Made by a program: the position numbers and the translations under genes. A model generated the notes under the pieces. That model was given only the letters and a program-made list of their open reading frames with translations, was not told the origin of the DNA and did no database searches. Source: Alphaproteobacteria bacterium (GTDB lineage Bacteria > Pseudomonadota > Alphaproteobacteria > Micavibrionales > Micavibrionaceae). From it: 57,219 nt of DNA. Below are positions 37,366 through 47,262 of the stretch, in pieces (the stretch's first letter is position 1; each line of letters begins with the position of its first letter). The stretch covers positions 1,424-58,642 of the forward strand of contig JAEUKO010000002.1 of assembly GCA_016794285.1 (NCBI GenBank), read 5' to 3'.

Positions 37366-37960
37366 TTTTCTTCTCCAGTGTCCGTAAATATTTTTTTAAG
37401 GACCTCAATGTGTGGGCGTACCCAAGTCCGGTTTGGATAACCTGATCGGCCCGCCGACGTTTTTCAGTATCTGAGAGTTGCAGATCAAGGATAGTATAAA
37501 ACTTTTGTAGCGTCATACCAGATCGTTGTAACACACGAGTTTTTTGAATGAGAAACGGAGCCGTGACGCAGGCAACCGAACAAAAGTTCCGCTCAGCTCT
37601 GGTTTCAAATAAAAGAGGAATATCAAGCACCAAACGCTTTAAGCCCATGCGTTTGGCTTTGCGCACAAATTCAATTTGAGAGTGCCCGACAAGCGGATGC
37701 AAAATAGCCTCTAACTTTTCTTTTTTCTGAGGGTTTGAGAAAACGATCTGCCCTAATTTTCGCCGATCAATTTGGTGGGTTTTGGCGTTCCAACATTCAG
37801 GAAAGGTCAGAGCCACCCGTTCGAAAGCCTTTCCATTTGGGGCGAGCAAAGCATGGACAGCAGCATCCGAATCATGAACAGCAACACCCAATCTCCGAAA
37901 GATTCCGGCAGCAACGGATTTCCCCATTCCGATAGATCCGGTTAGCCCAATTATTTTCAT
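37358..37960 (-). CDS. coaE: dephospho-CoA kinase
   Basis: MKIIGLTGSIGMGKS P-loop; 200 aa; overlaps dnaQ and aroE as an operon. Confidence 0.93.
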   Translation of the reverse strand: MKIIGLTGSIGMGKSVAAGIFRRLGVAVHDSDAAVHALLAPNGKAFERVALTFPECWNAKTHQIDRRKLGQIVFSNPQKKEKLEAILHPLVGHSQIEFVRKAKRMGLKRLVLDIPLLFETRAERNFCSVACVTAPFLIQKTRVLQRSGMTLQKFYTILDLQLSDTEKRRRADQVIQTGLGYAHTLRSLKKYLRTLEKKNA

Positions 37961-38775
37961 GGGACCAGTACCCTTTGTTTTAGTTCATCGGTAACCTCGG
38001 GCATGACACCAAACCATGCTTCAAAAGCAGGCCGCGCTTGATGTAACAACATCCCAATTCCGGTTATAACCTGCAATTTTTTGCTGCGTGCTTGGTTCAG
38101 TAATTCTGTTTCTAACGGGGTGTAAACAATGTCATAGACAAGACTGCTGGGGTTCATTGGAGCCAGATCAATCTCTAGTGCATCTTGCCCTTTCATGCCA
38201 AGGCTGGTGGTATTGATGAGGGCGATAGACTCCTCTAACGCAACATTGCGCATTCCCCACTCGTAGGGTTTGATACCAAAATCATCGGCCAAACGCTTGG
38301 CTTTTTCCCAACTGCGATTGGTGGCCCTGATTTCACAAACGCCTGCTTTTTGTAGGGCATAAATGACAGCGCGAGCGGCTCCTCCTGCTCCCAAAACTGT
38401 AACAGGACCGAGGGACCAGTCAAAGTAAGGGATGGTCTCACGGGCATTTTCCATGAACCCAAATGCATCGGTATTTCGTCCCTCAATATCACCAGAGGAA
38501 TGATAAATAACTGTATTCACTGCCCCTATGGCCTTTGCTTCGTTACTCAGTGTCGTACACAAATTCATGATTGTTTGCTTGTGCGGCAAGGTTACATTAA
38601 ATCCCTTGAGACCACCGGAATCTAGCAAGTTTTTGGCTTCCCCCAGAAAGTTCTCTGGAGGAATATCATAGGCTAAGTATTCCCCGCGTATCTCGTATTT
38701 GCGTAGCCAATATTGATGGATAAGCGGAGATTTGCTGTGAGCAATAGGATGTCCAATAACACCGGCTTTCATCAT
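37957..38775 (-). CDS. aroE: shikimate dehydrogenase
   Basis: GVIGHPIAHSKSPLIH, NVTLPHK, GAGGAARA. Confidence 0.93.
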   Translation of the reverse strand: MMKAGVIGHPIAHSKSPLIHQYWLRKYEIRGEYLAYDIPPENFLGEAKNLLDSGGLKGFNVTLPHKQTIMNLCTTLSNEAKAIGAVNTVIYHSSGDIEGRNTDAFGFMENARETIPYFDWSLGPVTVLGAGGAARAVIYALQKAGVCEIRATNRSWEKAKRLADDFGIKPYEWGMRNVALEESIALINTTSLGMKGQDALEIDLAPMNPSSLVYDIVYTPLETELLNQARSKKLQVITGIGMLLHQARPAFEAWFGVMPEVTDELKQRVLVP

Positions 38776-39620
38776 GGTTTAGTCTCGCGGTTTTCTTTAC
38801 TTCTTTGCAGAAGAACCATGATTTCAGCGGCAGTTTCTTCAACAGATCTTTTGGTCACGTCAATAATTGGCCAGCCTTGTTCGCGGAAGAATTTTTGGGC
38901 TTTTTGCACTTCTTCTTCAACGCGTTCGGGATCAATATAACTATTGCCAGACAAATGACGGGATTTTTGGTCTGTCCGTATTCTTGATGCGCGAACTTCA
39001 ATCAAACGGTCTGCCGATTCGGTCAAGGCAACAAAAAGAGGTTTCTTTAAGGCCAGCACTTCTTTGGGAAAACCCACTTCGAAAACCAAAGGAATATTGG
39101 CGGCACGAATTCCTTGCCGCGCTAGGTAAATACAGGTTGGGGTTTTCGATGTACGCGAAACGCCGACTAAAATCACATCAGCCGTTTCAATTCCCTTGAG
39201 AGTTTGCCCGTCGTCGAAGCTCATGGCAAAGTCGATTGCCTCCATGCGGCGGAAATAGGTATCATCCAGTTTGTGTTGCAGTCCGGGGAGTCCCTTAGGA
39301 GGCTGCCCAAGAAAAGCGGAAAGCCCTTCAAGAATGGGAAACATCACAGCAATACACGGAAGAGAAAAACGGGCACAAGCGGATTCTAATTCACCAATCA
39401 TGCTCGCATCCACCAACGTATAAAGAACTGGGCCCGGGTGGTCTTCAAGATCGCGGATGACCCGTTCCAACTGGCGGGATGAACGCACCAAGGGCCAGAG
39501 TTTTTGATGTGGACTTATCAAATCAAACTGAGCAAGAGCAGCTTCGGCCAAGCCTTGCAGCGTTGCGCCTGTTGCGTCTGAAACCAGATGAACGACAATA
39601 TCTTTGTTGGTAGAGGTCAT
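38772..39620 (-). CDS. pyruvate,phosphate dikinase / PEP synthase regulatory protein (DUF299 kinase/pyrophosphorylase)
   Basis: VHLVSDATG..., GVSRTSKTP P-loop-like motif; 282 aa. Confidence 0.88.
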   Translation of the reverse strand: MTSTNKDIVVHLVSDATGATLQGLAEAALAQFDLISPHQKLWPLVRSSRQLERVIRDLEDHPGPVLYTLVDASMIGELESACARFSLPCIAVMFPILEGLSAFLGQPPKGLPGLQHKLDDTYFRRMEAIDFAMSFDDGQTLKGIETADVILVGVSRTSKTPTCIYLARQGIRAANIPLVFEVGFPKEVLALKKPLFVALTESADRLIEVRASRIRTDQKSRHLSGNSYIDPERVEEEVQKAQKFFREQGWPIIDVTKRSVEETAAEIMVLLQRSKENRETKP

Positions 39621-39777
39621 GGGAGGACACTAAGCCAAAGAGAGAAGAGAGAGAAGAGGGCAGTGCGAGAGATGTATTTTTAACATAATTGTTTACAAAG
39701 AGGCCATTCTCTAAAAATATTTTTCCTTTCCTGAGTCTTAGAGATAAGATTACCCCAAACAATCAAGGAAATTTCTC

Positions 39778-40347
39778 ATGAACCGCTTCGCCTTTCTTTT
39801 CTCCCTCTTCCTCCTTCTTTTTCCAGTTTCAGCTTTTGCCGGATGTCCACCCATTGAGGGAGAAAGCCCTGACGAAGCGATGGTGGGAAGTTTTGTGAAG
39901 CTTGCCACTAAGATGGGTGTGGGTTGTCCAATCTCCTATCAGACAAACCCTGAAAACCACTCCATCACCATCGAGTATATTTCTCCAAGTGAGAAAACAG
40001 ATACGTGGACTCGAATGATGACAGCCACCCTCATTGAAACAGGAAATAAACGGTCAGCAGCAATGACATTGGCTTTAACTAGAAACTTCACCAAAACGAT
40101 TGCGAGTGCTGGTGGGAACGCTCAAATCATCGCTCAAACCGAACGGAAAGCAGGGCGCAATGCCCAAGGAATTTGGTATGCGGTTAAATACGAAGCGGGG
40201 AATGAACGGAGCATTGCGGTCATTCGAACAATTGATGAAAGGCTGGCGGCAGTTGTACAGTTTCAACAGAAAAAGACACCCCTTACCGAAGAAACGATCG
40301 AGAATTTTTTGACCTCTAATGGAATGGCCAGCGGCGTCCTGAGATAG
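39778..40347 (+). CDS. hypothetical secreted protein
   Basis: Signal peptide MNRFAFLFSLFLLLFPVSAFA. No recognised domain. Confidence 0.5.
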   Translation: MNRFAFLFSLFLLLFPVSAFAGCPPIEGESPDEAMVGSFVKLATKMGVGCPISYQTNPENHSITIEYISPSEKTDTWTRMMTATLIETGNKRSAAMTLALTRNFTKTIASAGGNAQIIAQTERKAGRNAQGIWYAVKYEAGNERSIAVIRTIDERLAAVVQFQQKKTPLTEETIENFLTSNGMASGVLR

Positions 40348-40401
40348 AAATTTAAGACCTTTTGCGTATCCCTGCGGCGATGATTGGGGTTGTAAAAGAA
40401 A

Positions 40402-40487
40402 TGGTGGAAGGGGTAGGATTCGAACCTACGTACGCTCACGCGGGCAGATTTACAGTCTGCTGCCATTAACCACTCGGCCACCCGTCC
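40402..40487 (-). tRNA. tRNA-Tyr (anticodon GTA)
   Basis: The reverse complement GGACGGGTGGCCGAGTGG...GACTGTAAATC...GGTTCGAATCCTACCCCTTCCACCA is 86 nt with a long variable arm. Confidence 0.92.
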
Positions 40488-40537
40488 ATCAAAAAAAGAA
40501 CCGTCAAGACTGGCCCTACCTCGCTTTTGAAGCTTAT

Positions 40538-41647
40538 TTGCCTCGCAAACGGGCGGCCACCCGTCCAAAATCATCGAAATCGCAAAAAAGAGTGGACTTA
40601 ATTGCGCAGACAGAAGAAAAGAGAAAACGAGGAGCAAGTCAAGAGAAAATGAGAAAACAAAGCGGAAATTTTGGAAACGGGCAAAGTGGCAAGGGGAATC
40701 CCCCGACTTCTCGCGGTGGAGTTCACCGAAAAGGCGAACGGGATGAGTCCCGCCGAGAAGGCGGAGACCGAACCGGTGCGAAAGGGACTCGTTCAGGAGC
40801 TCCTGCCAAACCTTCGCACAAAACGCCTCGTGAAGCCGACCGTCATGGGGCCAAGCCCCAGACACGTCGGGAGGGAAAACGTCAAGAAGCGGAGCACAGG
40901 CACGATTCTCGTCCTCGCATTGGGCTATTCGGCCTTCATGCTGTTGAGGCCGCCTTGCTCAATCCCTTGCGGGAAATTCGCGCCGTCTATGTAACCGAAG
41001 CTGCCGAAGAGCACGCTTATAAATTTGTCGATGCCGCAAGATCAATCGGGTTAGACCGCCCCGAACCAGTCATTATTGATGCCGAAGCCTTTGACCGCGC
41101 TCTGCCGAAAGCCACAGTCCACCAAGGTATAGGACTGGATTGCTCCCCATTGGAGGACACGTTTCTTCCTGATCTGATTCACCAAGCCGAAGCCAGAGGA
41201 AAATCGCTTGTTGTCCTGTTGGACCAAGTGACAGACCCCCACAATCTAGGAGCCATTATCCGCTCTGCCTGTGCCTTTGGGGCGGATGGGGTCATTGTTC
41301 AAACGCGCCACGCGCCAGAGATCACTGGAATCGTTGCCAAAACCGCGAGTGGTGCATTGGAACACGTTCCCGTCCTCTATGAAACCAACCTTGCCCGCGC
41401 CATTGATATGCTCAAGGATGCAGGATTTTTTGCCATTGCCCTTGACGAGCGGGGCGAGAAAACACTTGCCGAGGCTCCAAAATTTCAGAAAACCCTTTTG
41501 GTTTTGGGGGCTGAAGGTCCGGGGCTTCGCCCTCTCGTGCGTGAAAAATGCGATGTTTTGTTGCGCCTGCCAACCTCTGGAAAATTATCAAGCCTCAACG
41601 TGTCGAATGCGGCTGCCATAGCTTTGTATGGGGTGAGTGCGGGATAG
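40538..41647 (+). CDS. rlmB: 23S rRNA 2'-O-ribose methyltransferase RlmB/TrmH family with ~125-aa basic N-terminal extension
   Basis: SpoU core (LGLHAVEAAL, VTDPHNLGAIIRSA, LGAEGPGL, SLNVSNAA). The N-terminus is K/R/E/G-rich. Start (TTG 40538) is uncertain. Confidence 0.85.
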   Translation: MPRKRAATRPKSSKSQKRVDLIAQTEEKRKRGASQEKMRKQSGNFGNGQSGKGNPPTSRGGVHRKGERDESRREGGDRTGAKGTRSGAPAKPSHKTPREADRHGAKPQTRREGKRQEAEHRHDSRPRIGLFGLHAVEAALLNPLREIRAVYVTEAAEEHAYKFVDAARSIGLDRPEPVIIDAEAFDRALPKATVHQGIGLDCSPLEDTFLPDLIHQAEARGKSLVVLLDQVTDPHNLGAIIRSACAFGADGVIVQTRHAPEITGIVAKTASGALEHVPVLYETNLARAIDMLKDAGFFAIALDERGEKTLAEAPKFQKTLLVLGAEGPGLRPLVREKCDVLLRLPTSGKLSSLNVSNAAAIALYGVSAG

Positions 41648-41732
41648 TTTAACATAGTATTAAATTTTTCTTGATTTTTGCAAAGAAAACAGATAGAAAA
41701 TCCTTAATCAATTCTTAAAAGAGGGTGTTTTC

Positions 41733-42446
41733 ATGACAAATTTCAAAGAAGCTTTTTCTGCTGTTGCGTTGGCTACGACTGTTGGCTTGACAGGCTGCGC
41801 AGGAACTCATTTCACTGCTCCTTTCAGCGATCCGCGGGATTCGACGGTGGTCAATCGTCCGGAAGATCGGGGAGTCAAAGAATATGGCTCACAAGCTTGT
41901 CGGGAAGCAGGCATTGATGTCGTCCCGGGGCATAGTCTTGGGTCATACCGTGGAGGTGGGGCCTATTATTCACGCTACTCTGGGTTTTACAATAGAAACC
42001 AACAGTTTCGTCAATCTGTCTCGGTGACATCAGGGAGTGGACAGCCTTATACGCTGGTCCCTTCGAGTGAAAGAAGTCGGCTTTTTGAAATCGCAGGGAC
42101 AGTCGCTGGGGCTTTGGCAGGGGGGGGTGCAGCTCATGGTCGCCGCTCAACCCAACAGGGCCTTGCTGGAGTTATTGGAGCGGCTGTTGGAAATGTGGCG
42201 GGCCGGATGGCCGATAGTTTCTGGGAAGTAGGTGCCCGTGAGGCCATTGATCGCTGCCGAGGCGATGTCATGGGCGGAGCCTATGATCGGCCCCAGCATC
42301 TAGGGCCAGGTTACCAGCAGCAGGGCTACCAGTATCAGCAGCCGCAGGTCATTCAAGGATATCGGCCTATTGGAGAACCCGCCCCGGGGACAGTTCCAGC
42401 TGTTGAATGTCCTCAAGGGTTTACTTGTATCCCACAACGTCGCTAA
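41733..42446 (+). CDS. lipoprotein with glycine-zipper segment and Q/Y-rich C-terminal region
   Basis: Lipobox LTGC. GTVAGALAGGGAAHG...GLAGVIGAAVGNVAG is a glycine zipper resembling the 17-kDa antigen type. The C-terminus is GPGYQQQGYQYQQPQVIQGY. Confidence 0.6.
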   Translation: MTNFKEAFSAVALATTVGLTGCAGTHFTAPFSDPRDSTVVNRPEDRGVKEYGSQACREAGIDVVPGHSLGSYRGGGAYYSRYSGFYNRNQQFRQSVSVTSGSGQPYTLVPSSERSRLFEIAGTVAGALAGGGAAHGRRSTQQGLAGVIGAAVGNVAGRMADSFWEVGAREAIDRCRGDVMGGAYDRPQHLGPGYQQQGYQYQQPQVIQGYRPIGEPAPGTVPAVECPQGFTCIPQRR

Positions 42447-42512
42447 GAGACTTCCAAAAATTTTTGGCCAGCATCCGGACTTTCACAAGTTCGGGTGCTT
42501 GTTTTTTGTCCT

Positions 42513-42746
42513 CTAACTTGGCGCGGGGGCCGAAGGTTCTGTGGATGAAGGATCGACAGGTGATGAAGGGGCCGTCAGCTTTGCAGCATCCTCAAAAATA
42601 AGATCAAGACTGAGAGGACAAGACGCAGCCGCGCACAAGAGAGCCAAGCCTCTTTTATCAGGAACAAGACTGGGCTCAAGCGTCAGAACACCGCTTGGCT
42701 GCGAAACACCCTCGCCTGTATAGGTGTAGAAGACCACGCGGCTCAT
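42513..42746 (-). CDS. hypothetical small protein (77 aa), translationally coupled to upstream ORF
   Basis: Its ATG overlaps the stop of 42743..43030 (ATGA). No recognised motif. Confidence 0.4.
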   Translation of the reverse strand: MSRVVFYTYTGEGVSQPSGVLTLEPSLVPDKRGLALLCAAASCPLSLDLIFEDAAKLTAPSSPVDPSSTEPSAPAPS

Positions 42747-43030
42747 ACCAGTTCTCCTTCTTCTGCGCTGCAGACCTGAAACAACATCCGCGATTTTGTG
42801 TGATCGCCAAATAACAGAAGATCGGACTCTCCCCCTAGCTTTTTAACCAAGTTGATAACCTTCATTTCTGCCACGTCCATATCCTCGTTTGGATCCAAAA
42901 CGTAGTAGTCTCCAACCGGCGAAAGGGTGCCGTCTTCCATTTTTTCAAGAATCAAAAACGATCTCTCCAGCCCGGGACTCGCCCTATGGGTAAAAGTTCT
43001 TTTGTTTTCAGTTAATTGCTCGGCACCCAT
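42743..43030 (-). CDS. hypothetical small protein (95 aa)
   Basis: ATG at 43030 is preceded by AGGGTGA (the ORF track begins at TTG 43072). No recognised motif. Confidence 0.4.
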   Translation of the reverse strand: MGAEQLTENKRTFTHRASPGLERSFLILEKMEDGTLSPVGDYYVLDPNEDMDVAEMKVINLVKKLGGESDLLLFGDHTKSRMLFQVCSAEEGELV

Positions 43031-43103
43031 GTTTGAATCACCCTTTGCGCTTTGTCTTGCTTTTGTCGTCAATCTGTTCCTAAATGTAACAGCATATATT
43101 TAA

Positions 43104-44459
<1,356 letters not shown>

Positions 44460-44473
44460 TTCGGGGAGACTGC

Positions 44474-44505
44474 AAAACACGGGGTTTCTGCCCCGTGTTT
44501 TTTAT
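44474..44505 (+). terminator. rho-independent terminator after ahcY
   Basis: ACACGGGG-TTTCTG-CCCCGTGT followed by a T-run. Confidence 0.85.
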
Positions 44506-44546
44506 CCGTCTTGAAGAGAAAGGCCGAGGTCGTTAAAGTGCTTGCC

Positions 44547-46850
44547 ATGACATCTGCTGCCCCATCAAACTTGAGAGATCGTTTGTTTGGCCCTTCGGTT
44601 GCGGCCCGAGAGAAGGCGCGACTTGAGGCTTTTCTTTCTGCCTTTCCCGGGGAGTATTGCGGATTTAATCCGGATGGTTCTTTGGCCTATTCTTCGGGAT
44701 TTTTGTCTTTGCTCAAACTATCGCGGCTTGAAGGACTGACAGACATTCAGCACGCATTGCGGCCCGGGGATTCCGCAGCTCTTGAGGCGTGTTTTTCCCG
44801 CCTCAAAGAAACGGGTCAGAAATTTGCTCTCAAAGTCTATACGGCGGACGAATCTCTTATTCTAAGAATTTCGGGGTCGTCAGGAATGGCGCCGCATGAC
44901 GCCGATCGCTACGATATTCTCTGGATCGAAGATATTACAGCTCAGGAACGCGACTACGAGCAAACCAGAGATGTTTTAGTCAAACACGAGGAGAAAAATC
45001 GCCGACTCAAATCCATTCTGGATGCGGTCGATCATCCGGTTTGGCTTCACGATGGACGAGGGACGCTGGTCTGGTGCAATCAACGGTATGCCGAGTTGTT
45101 ACAATCCACACAGGATAAAATTGTAACGGAAGGGAAGGAACTTTCCTTCACGCCTTCTAAAAAGAAAAATGCGCCCAACCGGACATTAAAAGAAATGGTT
45201 GAGCTAGCCCTGCACGCTGGGAACAAGCAGACTGATTATAAATACCTGATTATCAAGGGGAACCGCCACTTGATGCAGGTGGATGAAATTCCGGTTTCTC
45301 ATCTTGATCTGGTGATTGGGCAGGCTCTGGACGTTAGCAAAGAAGAGGATCTCGAAAGAGAGTCTCAGCGTAATCTAGCCGCCAACCGCGAATTGATGGA
45401 ACAACTACGGGCAGCTATAGCTATTTTTGGTCCCGATCACAAAATTGAATTTTATAACTCTGCCTATGCGCAGCTCTGGCGTCTTGAAGAAAACTGGCTC
45501 AATACAAAACCCAAGCTTGGAGATATTCTCGAACAATTGCGGGAAACCAGACGGCTTCCTGAACAAGCGGATTTTCGGCGGTACAAGCAAGGATGGTTTG
45601 ACTTTTTTACCAGCTTGTCTCCGCATGAAGATATGTTGTATTTACCGGATGGGTCCGCTTTGCGGATGCTGGTTGTCCCTCACCCGATGGGGGGACTGAT
45701 GATGACTTTCGAAGATGTTTCCAGTCGGTTGGAACTTGAATCTTCGTATAATACCTTGATTGCGGTTCAGAAAGAAACACTGGACAACCTAGCAGAAGGG
45801 ATTGCTGTGTTTGGCAGCAATGGGAGGTTGCAGTTCTGGAACCCCGCTTTTGCACGAATGTGGGAATTGCATCCTGAAGATCTGGAAGGACAACTTCATG
45901 TGACCCAGATTCTCGATCGCGCCCGCCGCTTTTTTCCTGCCGAAAACTGGGAGGAAATAAGAGAGAAGATCGTTTCTGAGCTGCTGCGCCGTGAGGACCG
46001 GACAGGAGACATCACGCGAACAGATGGAAAAATCCTCCACTACACCTCTGTTGCTCTTCCTGATGGGGGGAGTATGGTCACCTACCAAGATGTAACCGAT
46101 ACGGTGCGGGTGGAAAACGCTTTGCGGGAAAAAACCGTTGCCCTTGAAACGGCAGAGCGTTTGAAACTCGATTTTCTGGCCAACGTTTCCTACCAGCTGC
46201 GAACACCCCTGAATGCAATTATTGGCTTCACCGAACTTTTGGATAAGGAATATTTTGGTCCACTAAATCTCCGTCAAAAAGAATATACCAAAGGGCTGGG
46301 CGAAGCCGGAGAACGGCTGAAAAACCTGATTGATGATATTCTGGATCTCTCAACGATTGAGGCCGGATATATGACCCTTAACAAAGACCACGTCAATATT
46401 CACAGCGTATTAGCAGGCTTGTTCGGCCTTACGCAAGAATGGGCACGCAGCCAGCATGTTGAGGTTTCTCTTTCATGCGCGGATGACATTGGAACCATTG
46501 AAACAGATGAGCTCCGTTTGAAACAAGTTCTGCTCAACCTGATTCGCAATGCTATTGATTTTACTCCGGCGGGGGGGCGCATTACGCTCTCAGCGGTCAG
46601 GATAGGTCAGGAAGTAGCTTTATCGGTTATTGATAGCGGCCCGGGAATTGCAGAGCCTGACCAAGACCGGATTTTCAAACCTTTTGAAAGAACCGATGAA
46701 GCAAGGGAAGGAAATTCTCGTGGGGGCGCAGGTCTTGGCCTGACCCTTGTTAAGAGCATTGTTGAACTTCAAGGGGGAAGAGTTCAATTGAGCAGCCTCC
46801 CGGGTCAGGGAACAGCGGTTACCGTGGTACTACCTGAAACTTCTCACTAA
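44547..46850 (+). CDS. divL: DivL-type PAS sensor kinase-like protein (Tyr replaces phospho-acceptor His)
   Basis: About 767 aa with several PAS-like repeats. The H-box reads FLANVSYQLRTPLNAIIGF, with TAC at 46191-46193 where HisKA has His. N, G1, F and G2 boxes are intact. Confidence 0.75.
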   Translation: MTSAAPSNLRDRLFGPSVAAREKARLEAFLSAFPGEYCGFNPDGSLAYSSGFLSLLKLSRLEGLTDIQHALRPGDSAALEACFSRLKETGQKFALKVYTADESLILRISGSSGMAPHDADRYDILWIEDITAQERDYEQTRDVLVKHEEKNRRLKSILDAVDHPVWLHDGRGTLVWCNQRYAELLQSTQDKIVTEGKELSFTPSKKKNAPNRTLKEMVELALHAGNKQTDYKYLIIKGNRHLMQVDEIPVSHLDLVIGQALDVSKEEDLERESQRNLAANRELMEQLRAAIAIFGPDHKIEFYNSAYAQLWRLEENWLNTKPKLGDILEQLRETRRLPEQADFRRYKQGWFDFFTSLSPHEDMLYLPDGSALRMLVVPHPMGGLMMTFEDVSSRLELESSYNTLIAVQKETLDNLAEGIAVFGSNGRLQFWNPAFARMWELHPEDLEGQLHVTQILDRARRFFPAENWEEIREKIVSELLRREDRTGDITRTDGKILHYTSVALPDGGSMVTYQDVTDTVRVENALREKTVALETAERLKLDFLANVSYQLRTPLNAIIGFTELLDKEYFGPLNLRQKEYTKGLGEAGERLKNLIDDILDLSTIEAGYMTLNKDHVNIHSVLAGLFGLTQEWARSQHVEVSLSCADDIGTIETDELRLKQVLLNLIRNAIDFTPAGGRITLSAVRIGQEVALSVIDSGPGIAEPDQDRIFKPFERTDEAREGNSRGGAGLGLTLVKSIVELQGGRVQLSSLPGQGTAVTVVLPETSH

Positions 46851-47244
46851 CAAAATCGCTTGGCCCAACACAATCGGCATAAAGTTTGGTACTTTCGTCT
46901 GGCTGTTTGTCGGCGTGGAGGTATATTTTTCCAGCCAATCTGGTTTTACACTGAAAAACAGGCATCAGGGTTCGCAAAGAAAGCGCAACAGTATAGCCAG
47001 TGTAAAAAGGACCGGTTGAGCAAATTTGTTGATCGCCTTTTGGCTCCAGTCGGAACTGAACCTCGTGTCGCCGTTTAACTCCAGCTTCGTCCGTATAATA
47101 ATCGGAACGGACTGTGCCATAAATACGAACATCTGCGGTATTCACGAGAGTTGCGCATTGAGGGTCTTTGCTCACCAAAGGGTCGGCCAAAACCGGACCA
47201 GAGAGCAAAACAAGGCAAAAGATGAATAAAAGACGTGTAACCAT
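46819..47244 (-). CDS. hypothetical secreted Cys-containing protein
   Basis: Signal peptide MVTRLLFIFCLVLLSGPVLA; 4 Cys; its 3' end overlaps the divL 3' end by 32 nt. Confidence 0.5.
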   Translation of the reverse strand: MVTRLLFIFCLVLLSGPVLADPLVSKDPQCATLVNTADVRIYGTVRSDYYTDEAGVKRRHEVQFRLEPKGDQQICSTGPFYTGYTVALSLRTLMPVFQCKTRLAGKIYLHADKQPDESTKLYADCVGPSDFVSEKFQVVPR

Positions 47245-47262
47245 GCTTTCAACTATACCATA

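Noticed and set aside
39638-39660. Polypurine tract AGAGAGAAGAGAGAGAAGAGGG upstream of the ppsR-like gene
   Set aside because: It is low-complexity intergenic sequence with no repeat-unit regularity or second copy.
40263-40865. 200-aa minus-strand ORF
   Set aside because: It runs straight through tRNA-Tyr (40402..40487) and is antisense to the rlmB 5' region. It is an artefact.
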